DNA of 64,000 nucleotides from Lingula anatina. Lineage: Eukaryota > Animalia > Brachiopoda. Location of the stretch: NCBI GenBank assembly GCA_051362555.1, contig CM120641.1, positions 21,514,001-21,578,000 of the forward strand, written 5' to 3'. Positions 11,808 through 27,100 of the stretch are shown one piece after another (position 1 is the stretch's first letter; every line of letters starts with the position of its first letter). A model generated the notes under the pieces. That model made no database searches and was not told the origin of the DNA. It saw nothing but the letters and a program-made list of their open reading frames with translations. A program made the position numbers and the translations under genes.

Positions 11808-14800
11808 TTGTGGTTTATAAAATCTATAAAAAGATATATATTTGTATTTATATCAAATATGACGGGCAGTTTATTAAATGTAACAATTTATTCAGTATTC
11901 TCTGTATTAAATTCATGATTATGAATATACTGTATATATCAGCAGAAATTTGAGCAATTTTGATATCACAGCAGTGCATGCTTTTATTAAATATATATAA
12001 AGAATGATCGACTTTTGTATTAAAACAGTAGGTGATATGATTTGTCTTTTTCGTTACAGCTGTTGACTTAAGTGAAGAAAACTTGGAAGATCTCTTGGCC
12101 TATGATGACTTGTTTCTGGACTATTTTAATGCATTCCTAGCCCTTCCTGTAAGTGCAGATATTACAGATAAAATTAAATTGGAGATCTCTATTTATACTT
12201 GTAGCAGATATGTAATTTGTGGCAAAGAAAAATCAACCTCCATTTTTGGTTTTAAATTATATTTAATAATTAAATGTGTACATGTAGGCACATGTAACTG
12301 AGAATGTACAATGTTCACAAGAAAGAAAGCTGGGCATACTTACATGTACAGTACCCTATACAGAACCAGTATTAATGTGCAGAATATGTTAGCCTGGTAG
12401 AGGTGACAACTTTGATATATATACTTAAGCTATTGTTTTATACCTTGTATCCAGCAGGTTTATGGATGTCTTTTCTCATAAATTTAAAACTCTATTATAA
12501 TGTTTGAGTGTTTTACAAGGGAAACAGAATTGTGTAAATTTGATCTGAATTTCAGCCTAGAAGGTTTGATAATGGACTGTTTAACATTATGATATGGATT
12601 CTTTGCAATAAAGCATTAATAATTTTGGGTACATTTTGAAATAATATTAGCATGTTGAGATAAACTGAATGAAGAAAAATTAATGGGTCGACATTTTTGC
12701 AGGCGTTTCCACAAGCCTTCTACTATGACCGACTAACTGGTACGTTCCGTGAGGTTGAAGGCTCCTACAGCAGTGTTAACAGTAGTGTGGTGCTCCCAGA
12801 TCATGCTCCGTATGGTGCCACTGATGAAGAGAGGGAACATATGCTAGAATGGGCCAAACAAGAAAGATTGCCTTTATTTCTGAGGTGGGTTAAATGGGCA
12901 GTGTGTAGACCAAGAAGATTACTAAATGTGTTGTCATTATCATGGATAGGTTATGTTGTCAAGTTGTGAAGAAACTGATATGTTTGATAGAATTAAAATT
13001 AAGTGGATCAGAAGATTAGAGATAATTTGATAAATTGAATAATTTCTCTTGATGTAAACTTTTACTTTTTTCTAATTTTAATTGGTTTTTAATGCCAGCT
13101 GCTTAAATGCTAGAGGAACAAACTGATTTTTGATTAAATATATATCTGCACTGGATACTTAGGCAATGCATTATTTCAGTCAGTATTTATTGATATCTTT
13201 TATAATTTTTCTCAAACTAAAGAACCAAACTCTTCCGTGAGTTCAAGCTGTGCAAGCTCCTTCTGCGTAGCCTTGATGACAGGTATTCCGCGGGAAGAGT
13301 GAGCAGTAATGCCCTGAGAGGGTACAGTCGCCAGACGGGGACCTCTGTGTCCAGTCTAAGTAACAGTGCTGACAACAGTGCCAATGAAGCGTCTGACTAT
13401 GAAGACAATATCAGCTGGACTGAAGTGAGGAAGTCGGCTCTATATAGATATGAGAGGCCAGGCAGTAGGGCACTAAGTCTGCCACCCAAGTTGGGTTTGG
13501 GTAAGTGTAGTTTAAAGCCACACAGTGACCTTTATATAGTAAAAATATAAATTTCCAGCGAGAGATTTCAGTATGGTATACCATATACAAACTGTTCACA
13601 GAATTACAATTCATAAACCTGTTTTTTAGCTCTAGTTTCTTTTTTTTATTTGAGACACTCTAATAATGGAGACAGCTGAATTTCACTTGTGATGGTTAGA
13701 CTAGAAGTTTAGAGCTTGAAAACAAGTTTATAGGTCATAACTTTCTCAATGGTTTTGGATAGGGTTTTTTTTTTTTGCTATATAAAGGTCTAACATGCAT
13801 GACATGCCTTTAGATATTTCTAGAAGAATTATGCAGCTCTAAGTCCCATGCTAAAACAACAACCCATGATTTTATATAATATTATATTTGACTTATTTCC
13901 ATTTTTATGATCTTAATGTGTAAAAACTTACATACCCTTACCCATTCTGCTTTTTTTAATGTTTTGCTAGCCAGCCTTTTATCCATTCAAGAGGAGTCTC
14001 ACAACCTATTTTGATTCTCATTTGTTAGTATCATATAGAAATACTCAATAAATGTGACAAAGTTATATAATGTGCCAGCAAGCAGTGAGAGTGTGACACT
14101 ATGGACATGATACATGACAGTAATGTGTCCTGTTGTTCCAGGTGAAATGTCAGCGTCATCGACTGGAGACCAGTGGTATTTGGATGACATGACAGACAAC
14201 AGAAGGAGACTGGAGGACAACAGCAAGACACCTAAAAGTGCTTCTGGCAAGAAATCTAGGTAATAAGATAAGAAATAAAACACTTGTTGATGTTTGTGAT
14301 ATTCCACAGAATATTATTTTCATGTGTTATTCTGGAATATGATTAAAAATCATAGATAATGTACACATTATAAAATAAATAACAAACAAAACAGAGAAAA
14401 AAAACATTTTAATTATTGATGAAAACTTTGGTGTTACACAATAAACCTATGTAGTCTCTTCAACTGAGACAAAGCTAGGATTCACCTCATATTGGAACCC
14501 ACTTAGTACTGTGATTACACATACTGTACCAGAGAGTTGGCCAGAGTTTCAGAGGTCTCTTGAATCTGAACTCTCTACTATGTTTCCAGTTAACAGGTAG
14601 TGGAATTTGAAAAATAGAGATAATAGAGATAGAGATAATAGAGAGACAAGTTTCTCGTGACCTCTGAAACCCAGGGTGCAATGAGCATGTATTTTATCTT
14701 ATTGAATTTCTACTTTTGTTTGTTGTCTATATTGATTGAAATGTGTTTTACAGGGGCCCCTCTCAGTCTCAGACTCCAGGCCTTGGCTTCCAGGGAGTAA

Positions 14801-17800
14801 CAGACTCGGGCATGGGGACTTCTCTGGAGCTGGAGAAAACTCTAACTACTAGAACTGAAACTTTAGCTTCCATCAATGAAAACGAGCAAGGTATGGATTT
14901 CATATAAACTTTAAAAACTTTTTTAAACTACTGAAACTGAAGCTACCATTAAGGAAAACATACAGGGTAAGGATTTTGTAATGCCCGGGAAGATGATGAG
15001 GCAATATAGGTTATTTGCCTATATTTCCAAATTGATCAGAAGATTTGGACATTTTTTAAATCATTGTGATGACTTCTTCCAATTCTTAAGTAAAAGCAGT
15101 ATATATTTCTAGTTCCTAAAATTAATGTTTATCATATGTATTATACATACTTTTATGTTTTGTTTTAAAAATGGTTTAATTATAAAGCCTTATTATTTTC
15201 AGCTTACCCTTCTAATGAGAAAAAATCAAAAGAAAGGAGCTTATCAAAACAGACTAGAGATAGCACAACATTGAGCAAATTCTCAAAGAGAGAGAAAAAT
15301 AAAAGGTATCAGTATTTTCCACTTGCTCTAGAATCATATACATGAGAATAAATGTGAGTTTTATATTGAATGATAAAAAATAGATAATGCTTTTCCAGTG
15401 AAGTATTCTATGAAATTGAAAAAAATTACTAAAACATCTAACTGATGGAGGAACAGTGGTTTTGTTCAGATTATAATTGCAATATGTTCATATTGTAATA
15501 TATGGGTTGGATCCAAATCACAGATCCCAAAACTCTTGTCTGTCATGTTACTAAAAATAATAAAATGTGAAAAATAAAATCTTGTTAAAGATTTTGTTAA
15601 AATTTTGATGATGACATTTATGTTTTACATTTTGACAATTTCCAGGGCTATCTCTGCTCCAGTGAACTACAATGAGTTCATGAGGATACCAACGTACAGT
15701 GACTTTGATGCCATATTTGGCGAAGAGGAACCTGATGATGTAGATGGAGAGGTTTATGTCGCCTTCAATGAGGAAGTTGTCAGCGAGCAACAGACAGAGA
15801 CAGATGTCCGCAAACTGGAGGGAAAACATAACATGACTCTGCAGCAGATGAAAGAAATGGTGCTCAGTACAGTGAGTACACTTTGATGTCATTTGTGATT
15901 AGATAACCAATTTTATTAGGTGTTGTAATGGAAATTTACTTTTAATTTGGACACATGCTTTGACAGCATATATTGCTGTGAGATGAAGTTTTTTCAGTTG
16001 TTTGCTATACATATATATTGTTATAAATTCTTCTTTTTTATCTTTTTAGTTGGTTGGTTTTGAGGATCTAAAAGCTTTCCTCCAAGATACTTCCGGAATA
16101 CGTCTTCTGAATTTCTGGCTTGACTGTGAATTCTTCAAAGATTCCATGGAAGATTATGATGATATGACTAACATGGCAGTCAGAAACAGGCTGTTCAGGT
16201 GAAGAGCATATGAGATATATTTAAAAAGTTGATATGAATTAATGAAATGTGTTTATTTTGATATAGATTTTTAGATATATATCATATTTTAAAAAATTAA
16301 TCTGAAGTTTTTATTTTACTACATGAACTTGATGTGTTGGTTAGGCATCATATGTTTATAGATTCATTTCATATAAACCACAGAACAACAGTGACAAAGA
16401 GATTTATATGAAACACCAAATAATTTTGTTAATTTTTTTATCCCAGGGACATTCAGGACAAGTACAAAATCAACTTGACAGAAGATGCCCAAATTCAGCT
16501 GAGGAAGACAGCAAGCAGCTCCAGTCTTAGTCACACCATCTTTATCCGTACTCAGTATAATGTACTGAGAAGACTGAGAGCATACTGGGTGCCCAGATAC
16601 CTCATACACAAGGAGAGGATGGATGAACTCAGGTTAGGGAGCAGTTTTTTTAAATATGGATTATAATAATGTATACATGTATAATGCACATTAGGCCTGT
16701 ATCTAATAGCAAAAGATGTATATATATCTGGAAGTTTCAGCAATTTTCTCTTAATCAGCTGTCCAAACCCACTCAGAAAATAAGAATCTATGAACCAGCG
16801 TGACCCAAATGCTTCTTGTATCAGTTAAAATTTATTGAATTATGATTGAATTTTTCAAACTTTTATTAATGACAGTTTAAATGTTTCTTATTCCCGTCTT
16901 TTCGGCAATATTAGGAATCTTTTTACAGGATTTAGGTATTTACACATGAGTATAAATGTAATGTTAAAATATTTAATTATATTCAATGATTTTAAACCAA
17001 ACTCTCATATTGTAAAAGCACAAATATATGTAGACGTGATGTTACGTTTGTTTTCCACTTATTGTTGTCATGCATTTGAATGGCATAAATCAAAATGAAA
17101 CTCGATTTAGTCTGATTGAACATGTTATTTCTGTATCCTTAACAACCTGTTATAGATGGCCACACTAAAATATGATGAATAATTTATTTGAAAAAAATGC
17201 TTTACTCACCAACTTTCTCTTGAAATTTTTTTTTCAGTTCTAAACTTAAAAAGTACAAGTTCATGGCCAGTGACTTAAACCTCGCAGCAGCCAACAAGGA
17301 ATTGTCTTCCTCCTTTCTTCCCTCCATCTCTGTGGTGAACTCTCTGCCAGTGAAACCAGATGAGATACTTCACATTGCCCAGACACGACAGTGGGACTTT
17401 GTTATCAAGAGTGGCCGCCAATGGGACGATAGAGTTAGGTCAGCCAGGGTTAGGTTTATACCCAAAGCACCACACAGGTAAATCAGTATTTCTTACTATA
17501 ATTTTGAATTCAGCAAGAGAGGATTTCAACAATGCAGATTTCTGCCAAGGCAAAATGTTAATAATAAATAATATAAAATGAAATTTTAAAAAAATCTTTT
17601 GAAATTTTAGGAGACCAGGGTTCTTTTGAAATTATAATCACTTCATTTCATCAAAATTTTCAAAGAACTGTTTGAGATGCATTGTCCACAACTAAAGAAA
17701 CCAATTTCAACTAAAGCCTAGCCTCCTTTGTTGGCAGAGAAAATTATGTCTTTAGATTAAGATATCTCTGGTGGATGTAGGCTTTTAAAAAAAGGGTGCA

Positions 17801-20628
17801 GAGGACAAGGGCAAGGTGGGGCAGGGTAAATCTGAATTACATTTTTTTTCGACTGTTTTAATTACATTTTAAAATATTTTTTGGAAAATTATCATAATTA
17901 AGGGTAAGGGGCATTGACCATACTGCCATGCTGCATAAATATGCTTATGTATTTGTTTCATATTTCATTTTTTTCTTCCATTTGTTTCTTATATCCACTT
18001 TTCACAGAGGTGATCATTTTTATTTGTAGGACCATGCGTGATAAGTTGCTGATTGCTCTGTCTGCTGATAAAGCTGCTGGAGGACCATTTCAGAGATACC
18101 TGGAAAAGTAAGGGGATTTATATAACAAAAATTGTTGAAAAATTCGAACTTATAAGATTTCAGGATTTATTATATTTACTTCTGTATATTTAAACTTTTT
18201 AAAGTGTTTTTTACACATTTAAAGTTTGTTTTACTTATCTGGATCAGTATGTGCAAATTTGTAAATTTACATTTTTAGCATATGTTAGCTCAAAATTGTT
18301 GATTTGCCTCTTGGAAAAGGCAGACTTAATTTATTTTTCTTAATAAGAACTGCCTTAGAACTGTGACTTTGCCATTGTTGTTTAAAGAATCAGCAAATTT
18401 GCTATAATTCATTGCTTCAGTTATCAGTGTATTTTCAGTGTATTTTAAAATCATTTCTTTATTTTATTTACTTTATCTTTTTTACTTTACCTTACTTAAA
18501 TTTGTAGACAACAGAACCCAGAATTACTTGCCAATCATTTATTCTGGCAAGATGTGTCAGAGTACAGTGCTGAGGAAGATAGATCTGCTGATCGTCTGCT
18601 TCGGATGACTCATGCCTGGGGAATATACAACAAATATATTGGAGGAAATGTTATTTATAGTATAAGTGAGTATGATATATTTCCTAGACAGATTGTGTAA
18701 ATGTATGCAGTTACTGTGGATATTTATACTTTGAAGGTAAGTCTGTGCTATTTGGATAAATGCAGTTTATGTTGTGCTTGATTTTTATCATGAGTTCATT
18801 TATCTTTTAAAGATTTGAATTTTTTAATGTCACACAGCTGTCTCATTTCCATGATAAAAGTACAGTAACCCTAAAATGACTTACTTGTTAACTGAAAGCT
18901 TCAGCTATTTTGCATTATTATAATAAGGAATCAAAGAAATGTGACCATTTTCACCATGTTATCAGATTTTGCAAAAGAATATTTCTTAGGCCAAATTAAA
19001 ATATAGGATTGCATAATCAGATAGTGAATCTTTTTGAAACATTTTATCATTTGCGTTTCAGACATGGATCCCAAAGAAAGAGATGTGCTTCATCAGCAGT
19101 TAATGGGTGCCAAAGATTTCATAGAAGCTTCAGTGTTCAACAGTGCTCAAGACCATGCTGTTGATGTGCTAGAGCAAGCCTGGGTGAGGTACCTGAAGGA
19201 GGATCTCAAAACTTTTTTAGAGTAAGTGTAGCTAAAAATATTTTATTGGAAATACCTTTCACTGAATTGGATACTGATTGAATTTACTATAGCGAACTCT
19301 AAAGGATTTTTTTTTCACAATTGCTCTGCAGATAAAATGTACTGTCCACCAAAGAGCAGTTTTTATAACTACAGGATTTGTATGGTGCATCATGCTTTGC
19401 TATTAGAATTATTAAAGTGGTGTCCTTCTGCTACTCTGGGCAACAACTTTGCACATTAATGTCTTTTTGTTGCACATTGTGTCAGCAGCTAGTGCTGGTG
19501 ATCTAACAGTTTAGTTTCATCTTAAAATAAGTTGCCCTAGCAACAAAATTTGCTTGGGTAACTATCCTTTTCTCCAATCTATGTCTGCCATATGTACTGA
19601 AGACCATGTGTAGGAGACATGGACTATGAATGTACTTCATCTGTGAACAGAATTGAAAATATATGCAAAAAAATCATTAAATTTCCCATGTGGTTATATA
19701 GTCATTGAATTCAAAGTTCAAATCGCAATAGCAACACAACTAACATGGATACCTATCAATTTTTTTAATCTAAATATAGATGCAATAATGTCAACTATGC
19801 ATGTTAAAAAATTAAGAAAAATCTGTCAGACAGAAATATCATAAAGACATTAACAGAAAATGAAAATATTCAGCATCAGTTCTCGATGTCAAATATGAAT
19901 TTTTTTCCTGATTATTTATTTCCAGAGTTCAAGCACGCTCTCAAGAATCGGACTTTGATTCCATACACACAGCTGAGGAGATAGAGGTTTCACTTGAAAA
20001 TGAACAGTTAGTTGTCAAGAGGTTCCAGAGGCCTTGGGTTAGGAGGTAAGTTCTTCTTCACACATTGATCAAGACCAGCTGCTAATGGCTATAAGGCTAT
20101 CAGAAAAATGTTTCAGTTGGTTTTCAGATTGTGATCTGAAAACTGAGAACTTCTTTATATTAAGGAAAAAATACATGCATGTCTATACAAATGTTCATAC
20201 ATGTAGTTCTTACTCCAAACATTCTAAAGGTTGCTACTGTCATTGCTAATTGAGTTATGTCTAGATGTTAACTATTATATCATATTACCAACAATACTAG
20301 TCACACGATAATACTGTTCTTGTGGCCTTATCAGAAAACTAATATATTAGCTGAACATTCATTCTTATGATATTGATTAATTATTACTCTTGTATGGCAG
20401 ATATATTGTATACTAGCTTCTGTCCTATATAGGTTTGCCTCTTAACCATGTAATAAGTTTCATGCATGAGGTGTGGTTGTTAGTTAAAAAGATCATAAAA
20501 ACAATTGGCAACTAAGTAATTATATAATTAGAAATAGATATTATAAAACCTAATTGCATGCTAATATATTATTTTAAATGCATACTAAATGAGGACTAGA
20601 ATTTCTGTCTCAATGCTTTTATTTATTT

Positions 20629-20679
<51 letters not shown>

Positions 20680-23600
20680 TTTTGGAGTCAACAATCTTTA
20701 TGGAAAAAAAGATTTGTTGAGACAGTGAATTTGGTCTACTGCTTTAATAGACTTTTAATGTCCTCTTTCCTGTTGCTTTCATTTGACCAGAGGAGAGAAT
20801 GGGAGCAGGTATCAGTATGGTTTTGAACATAATTTATTTATCTTTCTGTATTCTTTTTTCCCTCTGCACTCTTTCACTGATAAATTGATGAACAATTTGA
20901 CAAGAAATGAGTCTTCAGTTTCCAGCACCTTATCTTTATGTACTCGTGAATGTTTCTTTAATTCAAGATCATGCACGCACAATATATTAAGTTACAGATG
21001 TATTGTATGTTTCACGTGGAAAATTGAATGACGAAAGTGTTTTTTAATGATTTCTGTTAAACTCCCCTCCACATATAAAAGGGATTTTTCACAGAAATTG
21101 TGTTATCTGTCCATCCATCTTTAGACAAACTTACCTGGTCAACTCATACTAACAGTAATCAAGAAGCATGAAACCTTGCACATGTAATCACTTTAGAATG
21201 ACAGTGTGAACCTGCATATTTTTTATATAATGACAAATATTCAAGAAAATTAAATGGCACATAGATCTCATATTGTGATGACATGTTGTCCAGATAACTT
21301 TTCGCACAGTGTTTTTTACATTTAAGACTTCTGATATTTTAATATATTAAAATATGAGGCTTCAGGCTGTGCACTACATGTGTATGTGTTTTTTTTCTTT
21401 CTTATTTAACTTAATTATCATTTTCCTAGTATATTCCATTTAAAAATAAAATTGATATGTATGCTATTTTGTGATCCAGAAAAAAGCCCCCAAACATAAG
21501 GATGTTGCCATGAAATTTTTATCGTCCTTGTTTAACCTGTCGGTTCCAACTAAGTAGTACCATTTACAAGAGAGGTTTTGGTCGCCTCCAGTGATAACCC
21601 TACAATTTCTTTTTCTACATTTTTTAATGCACTGCAATTATATTCAATTTGTTTATGTTGGGTTTTTGTTTTGTGTGCATGTGTAACTTTCATTTGATTG
21701 CACAGTGATTGTAGATGAAAATTATGCCTTCATTCTTTTATCACGTCCTCTGTAGCTTCAGTGAGTTATATTCCATATAATTCATGTAACTTAGGAATAT
21801 ATTTTCTTGTGTGCATTTATTCTTTTAAAATTATTTCACATTATAATGATTTGTTTAGAGATTGAGTGGTTGAATAGACAGCAAATTATTCAAATTATTT
21901 AGAGTTTAATTAGAAGAAGAAAATGCTTGGAAGATTTACAAAGCTTGTGATCAGTCAATTTAAGCAGGGCTTTGTTCCTGAGGTCCCATTCTACAAAAAA
22001 TGAAAATTGTTGGATAATTCTTTGACTGAGGTTCATTAAGTTTCCTTTCTATTTAGATCACCTGGCTCTACTGGCTCAGAACGTGGTAGACGGCTAAGAA
22101 CAGCTCTCTCAGTAGCTGAGGAAATAGATGAAGCCAGAAAGGCAGAAAAGAAGAAAAAAGCTTTGGAGAGAAGGAAAAAAATGGAAAAAGAGCGTCGCAA
22201 AGCACTACGTGCAGCACGGGCAAGGCAAAGAGAGGCTAAGAGAAACAAAAATGCACCAATCATTGAGCACATCCCAGTACGAAATTATTTTTTAAATGAT
22301 TTTTACTTTTGGTATTTAGATTTAATTTATGTTGTATATTCAATTGCATTGTATTGGGTGATAGTACATATCTGACAGATAAACAGCTTTTTTTTCTAAA
22401 TCACAGAAAACTTTTCAAGATATTATTAAGATTGAATATTTTAAAAATTCATGAGTGTAGTGTACTAAATTTAATCTGTGCCAAAAACTTTTTAGGCTAC
22501 TAAAGCCCCTTTGGCAGTCACGGTATAAAAGTCTGCTATATAAATTAATTTTTTTTTCTAATAACCTTGTGCCTCTTTTGCTGGGCAATGACCTCAGGCA
22601 AGTGCTTAGTGTTACAGACTGTGATTTTGATATATTTTATGAAAAAATTATACAGGAAGAGAAAAAGGAGGGTGAAGAAGAAGAGGATCAGGGTGAAAGA
22701 TTGTCTCCAGGGGGCCACTCTTTGTATGGAGATATGGGGGGTGGAGGATTGACCCCACCCCCTGTCCTAGAAGACAAACCTGTAGAACTCAAGGATATGG
22801 TCGGAAATAAGCAGTATGTTGAAAACATTTTTTTTTAATTATGATATTTTAAATCTTTCTTCATTGATTATGGCCTCATATATTTTTTGATGTATTTTGT
22901 GAAAATAATGGCAGATTTTCTTAGTTTTAAAATAACAATGCTTTAAACAAATAATGTCAGTGTTCTGGTGATAGTGTTAAAATAAAGTCATATATTAGAC
23001 TATAGATGATTGACGTGAAGACATTTTGACAAACCTTTAACATACAGAGTATTTTGGACTATTTTCAAGCTCTTTCCATATTCAGGATAATCAATATGTT
23101 CAAGAAACACATCCAGGAAAGCGAACCAAAAGAAAAACTGAATATGTTAAATCTATACTTGGACATAGACTCTTTCCTGGCAATTGAAGGAGGGAGCAAA
23201 AAGAAGAAGGATGTTCAAGCTTCATATATTTTTAAGTATGTATTTTTAACTTTCATGTTATAGTAGTTAAGATGCTCTCAGGTTTTTCATCATGTATGGC
23301 ATCTGATTCATACCCAAAGTTTTAGTTGATGTTTTGATATTTAAAATCTCACTAATGTTAGAAAAAAATGTGTGAGTTGTGAGTTTAAGAATTTGAAAAT
23401 GAGGCAGACATTAGTAGTTAACAGTCAAAAAATAATGAGTTTGCCAAAATTTTAAGTGTCTCAAGACTTAAGAGAAAGTTGATGTCATAAACATGTTCAT
23501 TGCCTATGAATTTTCACTTCTAGGAATTACCTTGAGCAAGGTCATGCTAGAAAATTTGTAAAGATATCTGACTCTGCATATGCCAAAGTGTCCAAGGAAA

Positions 23601-24097
23601 AGGAACGTCCAAAGACTCCCACAATCAAGGAAATCAGAGATTCTTTGTATCCAAACATTGATGCAACTTTTAAAGAATTTTGGCAGGTAAACAGAAGCAT
23701 GCACACATATGCCTGTGCTTTAATGTCTTAAGATTTATTTAATAAAAAAGTTAAATAATGGCAGTATTTTCGTGATTTTGTAAATTTTTGTTATTTTGTC
23801 TTTTACAATACCTACAAATTTACGTATTACTTATATACAATAATTAATACAAGAATTACTTAATAATATACGATAAACCTTACTACTCAAGAAATTTAGA
23901 AAACTAGATTTCTTTGAAAACTAGTTTCATAATTTTATTCAGAAAAATGAAAGCACAGGCACAGATCTGAAAAACCTGAACTCCATGTCAAAGGCAGAGC
24001 TAGCCATGAGGTCTGACAGTGACTTGCAGTTCACTTGGAAATCGAAAAAAGGAAAACAAAAGGTAATAAATTACCAATAATATTTGCTATTTGTGTC

Positions 24098-24151
<54 letters not shown>

Positions 24152-27100
24152 AATTGCTTCTTAGGTTAACTGTTTGATTAAGGATCAAAACGTCATCCCT
24201 CTTAGGTGAAAAAACATAATTGGTCTCTTTAAATAGGATTGAATTTTTTATCATTAAATATTCTTATCATTTAATGCTATGGAACAGAAGCAGTTTTACT
24301 AGGAGTTTTGAAAAGCAATTCAGATTTCAATTTTATTTGTAAATGATACAGTGGATGAAGGCAATATAGAAATACTTATGGTGATTATGAAGTTTTCCAC
24401 TGTTATATATATATTACGGATAATACATTTACCTTTGAAATAAACTGTGCAGTCAGGAGAAATTATGTAAGTTAATTTATATATGTCTAACTTGTGAATT
24501 ATTATGGTTACAGCATATTTTTGGTAAAGAGTTTAGTTTGTTATTTAGTTTTTTAGCACTTAATATCTATGATATGCTCACATGTAAAATCAATTTTCAT
24601 GTTTGTTTCAAAACTTTTTTAATTCACTACAATCCTATATAGAGCAACAGGAAGAAAGAGAAAAAGGTTATTATGCAAAAAGTAGTATGGAAACTGTCTC
24701 AGAATGGTCCAGATCAGGTACAGCAAGATAGTACCATCTGAGGTGCCTTCATTTGTGTGAAAACATTATGTTCATTTGCTTGTTCACAATTTATTTTCTG
24801 GACATTTACTGTGTCAGTTATATACATTTTATATCTATTTTTTGAAGTTGACCATTTAGTTTTTTGAGTGAAGTATTTATTCCAGTTTTTGCACATCAAG
24901 ATTGCATTTTTATGCTTGCTTAGCTGTTCCAGCTGTCATATTTTTGATGAAATATTTTCTTGGTAGTGTATGATATGTCAAATATTCTTTACACAGACAA
25001 TTTACTTATTTGATGTGAAGTTTGACATTTGATCTATCGGTATGTGCTTTGATAAACTTCCAAAGATGTTATTTGCCTTTGATGAACAAAATGGAACAAA
25101 ACTGAAACAATATATATGAATACTAAAAATTTAATATATTTTAGGTCACCTCTCCAAGGTGGTCATCTCTTCTATAGAATTATTTTAAGATGAAAGCTTA
25201 GATTTTAGTTTAAGTTAGCTATGAAATTGAGACTGCAATTATAATTGTTTAGTTGTATTATTATTGTAATTTGCTCAACCAAGCAGCTGTTTTCCATATT
25301 TTTACAGTTACTTCTGAAGTGATTCATGGATAACACCTTTAAGTTTGAAATACATGTATGATATCATTTTATGGCTATTGAGCACGTTGTATTTCGTATT
25401 AGCCAGAAAAACCAGTTCAGGCTCAAACAAAGCCAGTTCAGGCTCAGCCAAAGCCTGGAAAGAAATATTTACTTCCGAAACCAGTTGTCAGTGTTGTAAC
25501 TTTTTCAGTAAGTGAAGAGATTGAAGTGCCCTGGTGTTCATTTCAATGAGTTTTCTTTTCTTTTGAATATTAAGTCAGAAAAAAAAACAAATTGATTTTT
25601 TGCTTCTATTTTACTCTCATTTTAAGTTGTGCCTCATATTTGTTTGATCAATTTTATTTTGAATTTTTATAATTGTTTTGAAAGACATTTTTAAATGTGC
25701 ATCAGATTCACTTAATGGCCTTTTTCTCTTATTTTCAGTCTCATTTTATTTGATTATTTTAGTCTTTTACCAGATTTCCCTGCCATTGTTTTATTGCTAC
25801 AAAATTCTCATGGAATGTATTTAAGGGTGAAAATATTACTGAATATTTAGTTTATTATCATTTATTTGTCTATTTATTTGTCTTTCCATCAATATTGATA
25901 TATTTAGTTCACTTTTGGATGTTTTCATTAAGATGATGGTAGATAAAAAGGGTGATTGTGGAGAACATTTGAAAAGTCTGTCTTTTAAGAAATATGACAG
26001 ACTCAGGACCTGATATACAACTTGCTCCATTTTTTTCATTATCCTCAATGATGTTTTTTTTTTTCATAATAAGACTACCTTCATGGAGATTAATCAGAGA
26101 GAGGTCCAACTGTTCTCATGGTTATTAATTCATGATATTAATTATTTTTGACATCTTAATTACAATTTTGTTGTCTGTGAATGCAGTCTAAAACTTATTA
26201 GAAATGTTGGTGACAGTTTATGACATATTAGGGTGAGGGCAATTAGGTGTATATATTCTGTTGTTAGAATGAAGCATATAATTATACTATATATAAAACA
26301 TTGAGAATTATGGTTTCACTTACATCAGTTACTTAGAACATTCAAGCATCTCCTCCTATTTTATTTGTCTAGTTACTCATGAATTTTTTTTACAAAAAAC
26401 CAACTAACCTATCAAAACTTTTGAACCAACATTAAATATGACTAACAAAATATTGTATTGGAAATGCATTCATTGATTTAGTTCGAATTCAATTAGCAAT
26501 TATTGTATCAATTTTTTAAAAATATGTTTGTTTATCTAGAGCACTGGAAGACATCAACCAACCAAGGATGACAAGGTGGAGTTTCTCATGAATCTGAACC
26601 AATCAGTGCTGGGGCAAATGCCAATTAGAATGTGGTTCTTCTACAAGTATTTGGTCAAACATGGAGAGGATGAGAATGTCCCTCACCTTGAAAAGGATTT
26701 GTTTTTCTACATTGAAGTTCAGAAATTCAAGGTATGTGTGTATGTGTGTTGCCAAAACCAGTGTTGACACTGAAGTGTTATCAGAATCTTGTGGTCTGAA
26801 ATTTTGTGTAAAGGCTTGACTGAATTTTGTACATAAGACTTAACTGAGGTTAAGCAGGTAAAAAACATTTGACATTTTTGCCTGCCGTAAATCTACTCAA
26901 TCTTGAATCATTTGCACCTCAATGGGGAGCACAAAGATTTTCATTGTTGTAAGGGAACAAAATAAACCAAGTAACTGAAACAAAAGATTTTTTCTCTTCC
27001 AGGAGATGAGTCATGCATACTCTGATGAAGAATTATTAAGGCGAAAGGTGGCAACTTTAAATCTGTGTTACCTGGAATCCAACATTCCCCCTGCACTGCA

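Noticed and set aside
14546-14670. 12-bp inverted repeat gtttcagaggtc/gacctctgaaac (similar short IR at 30931-31106)
   Set aside because: Probably decayed MITEs, but too short and degenerate to define ends or TSD.
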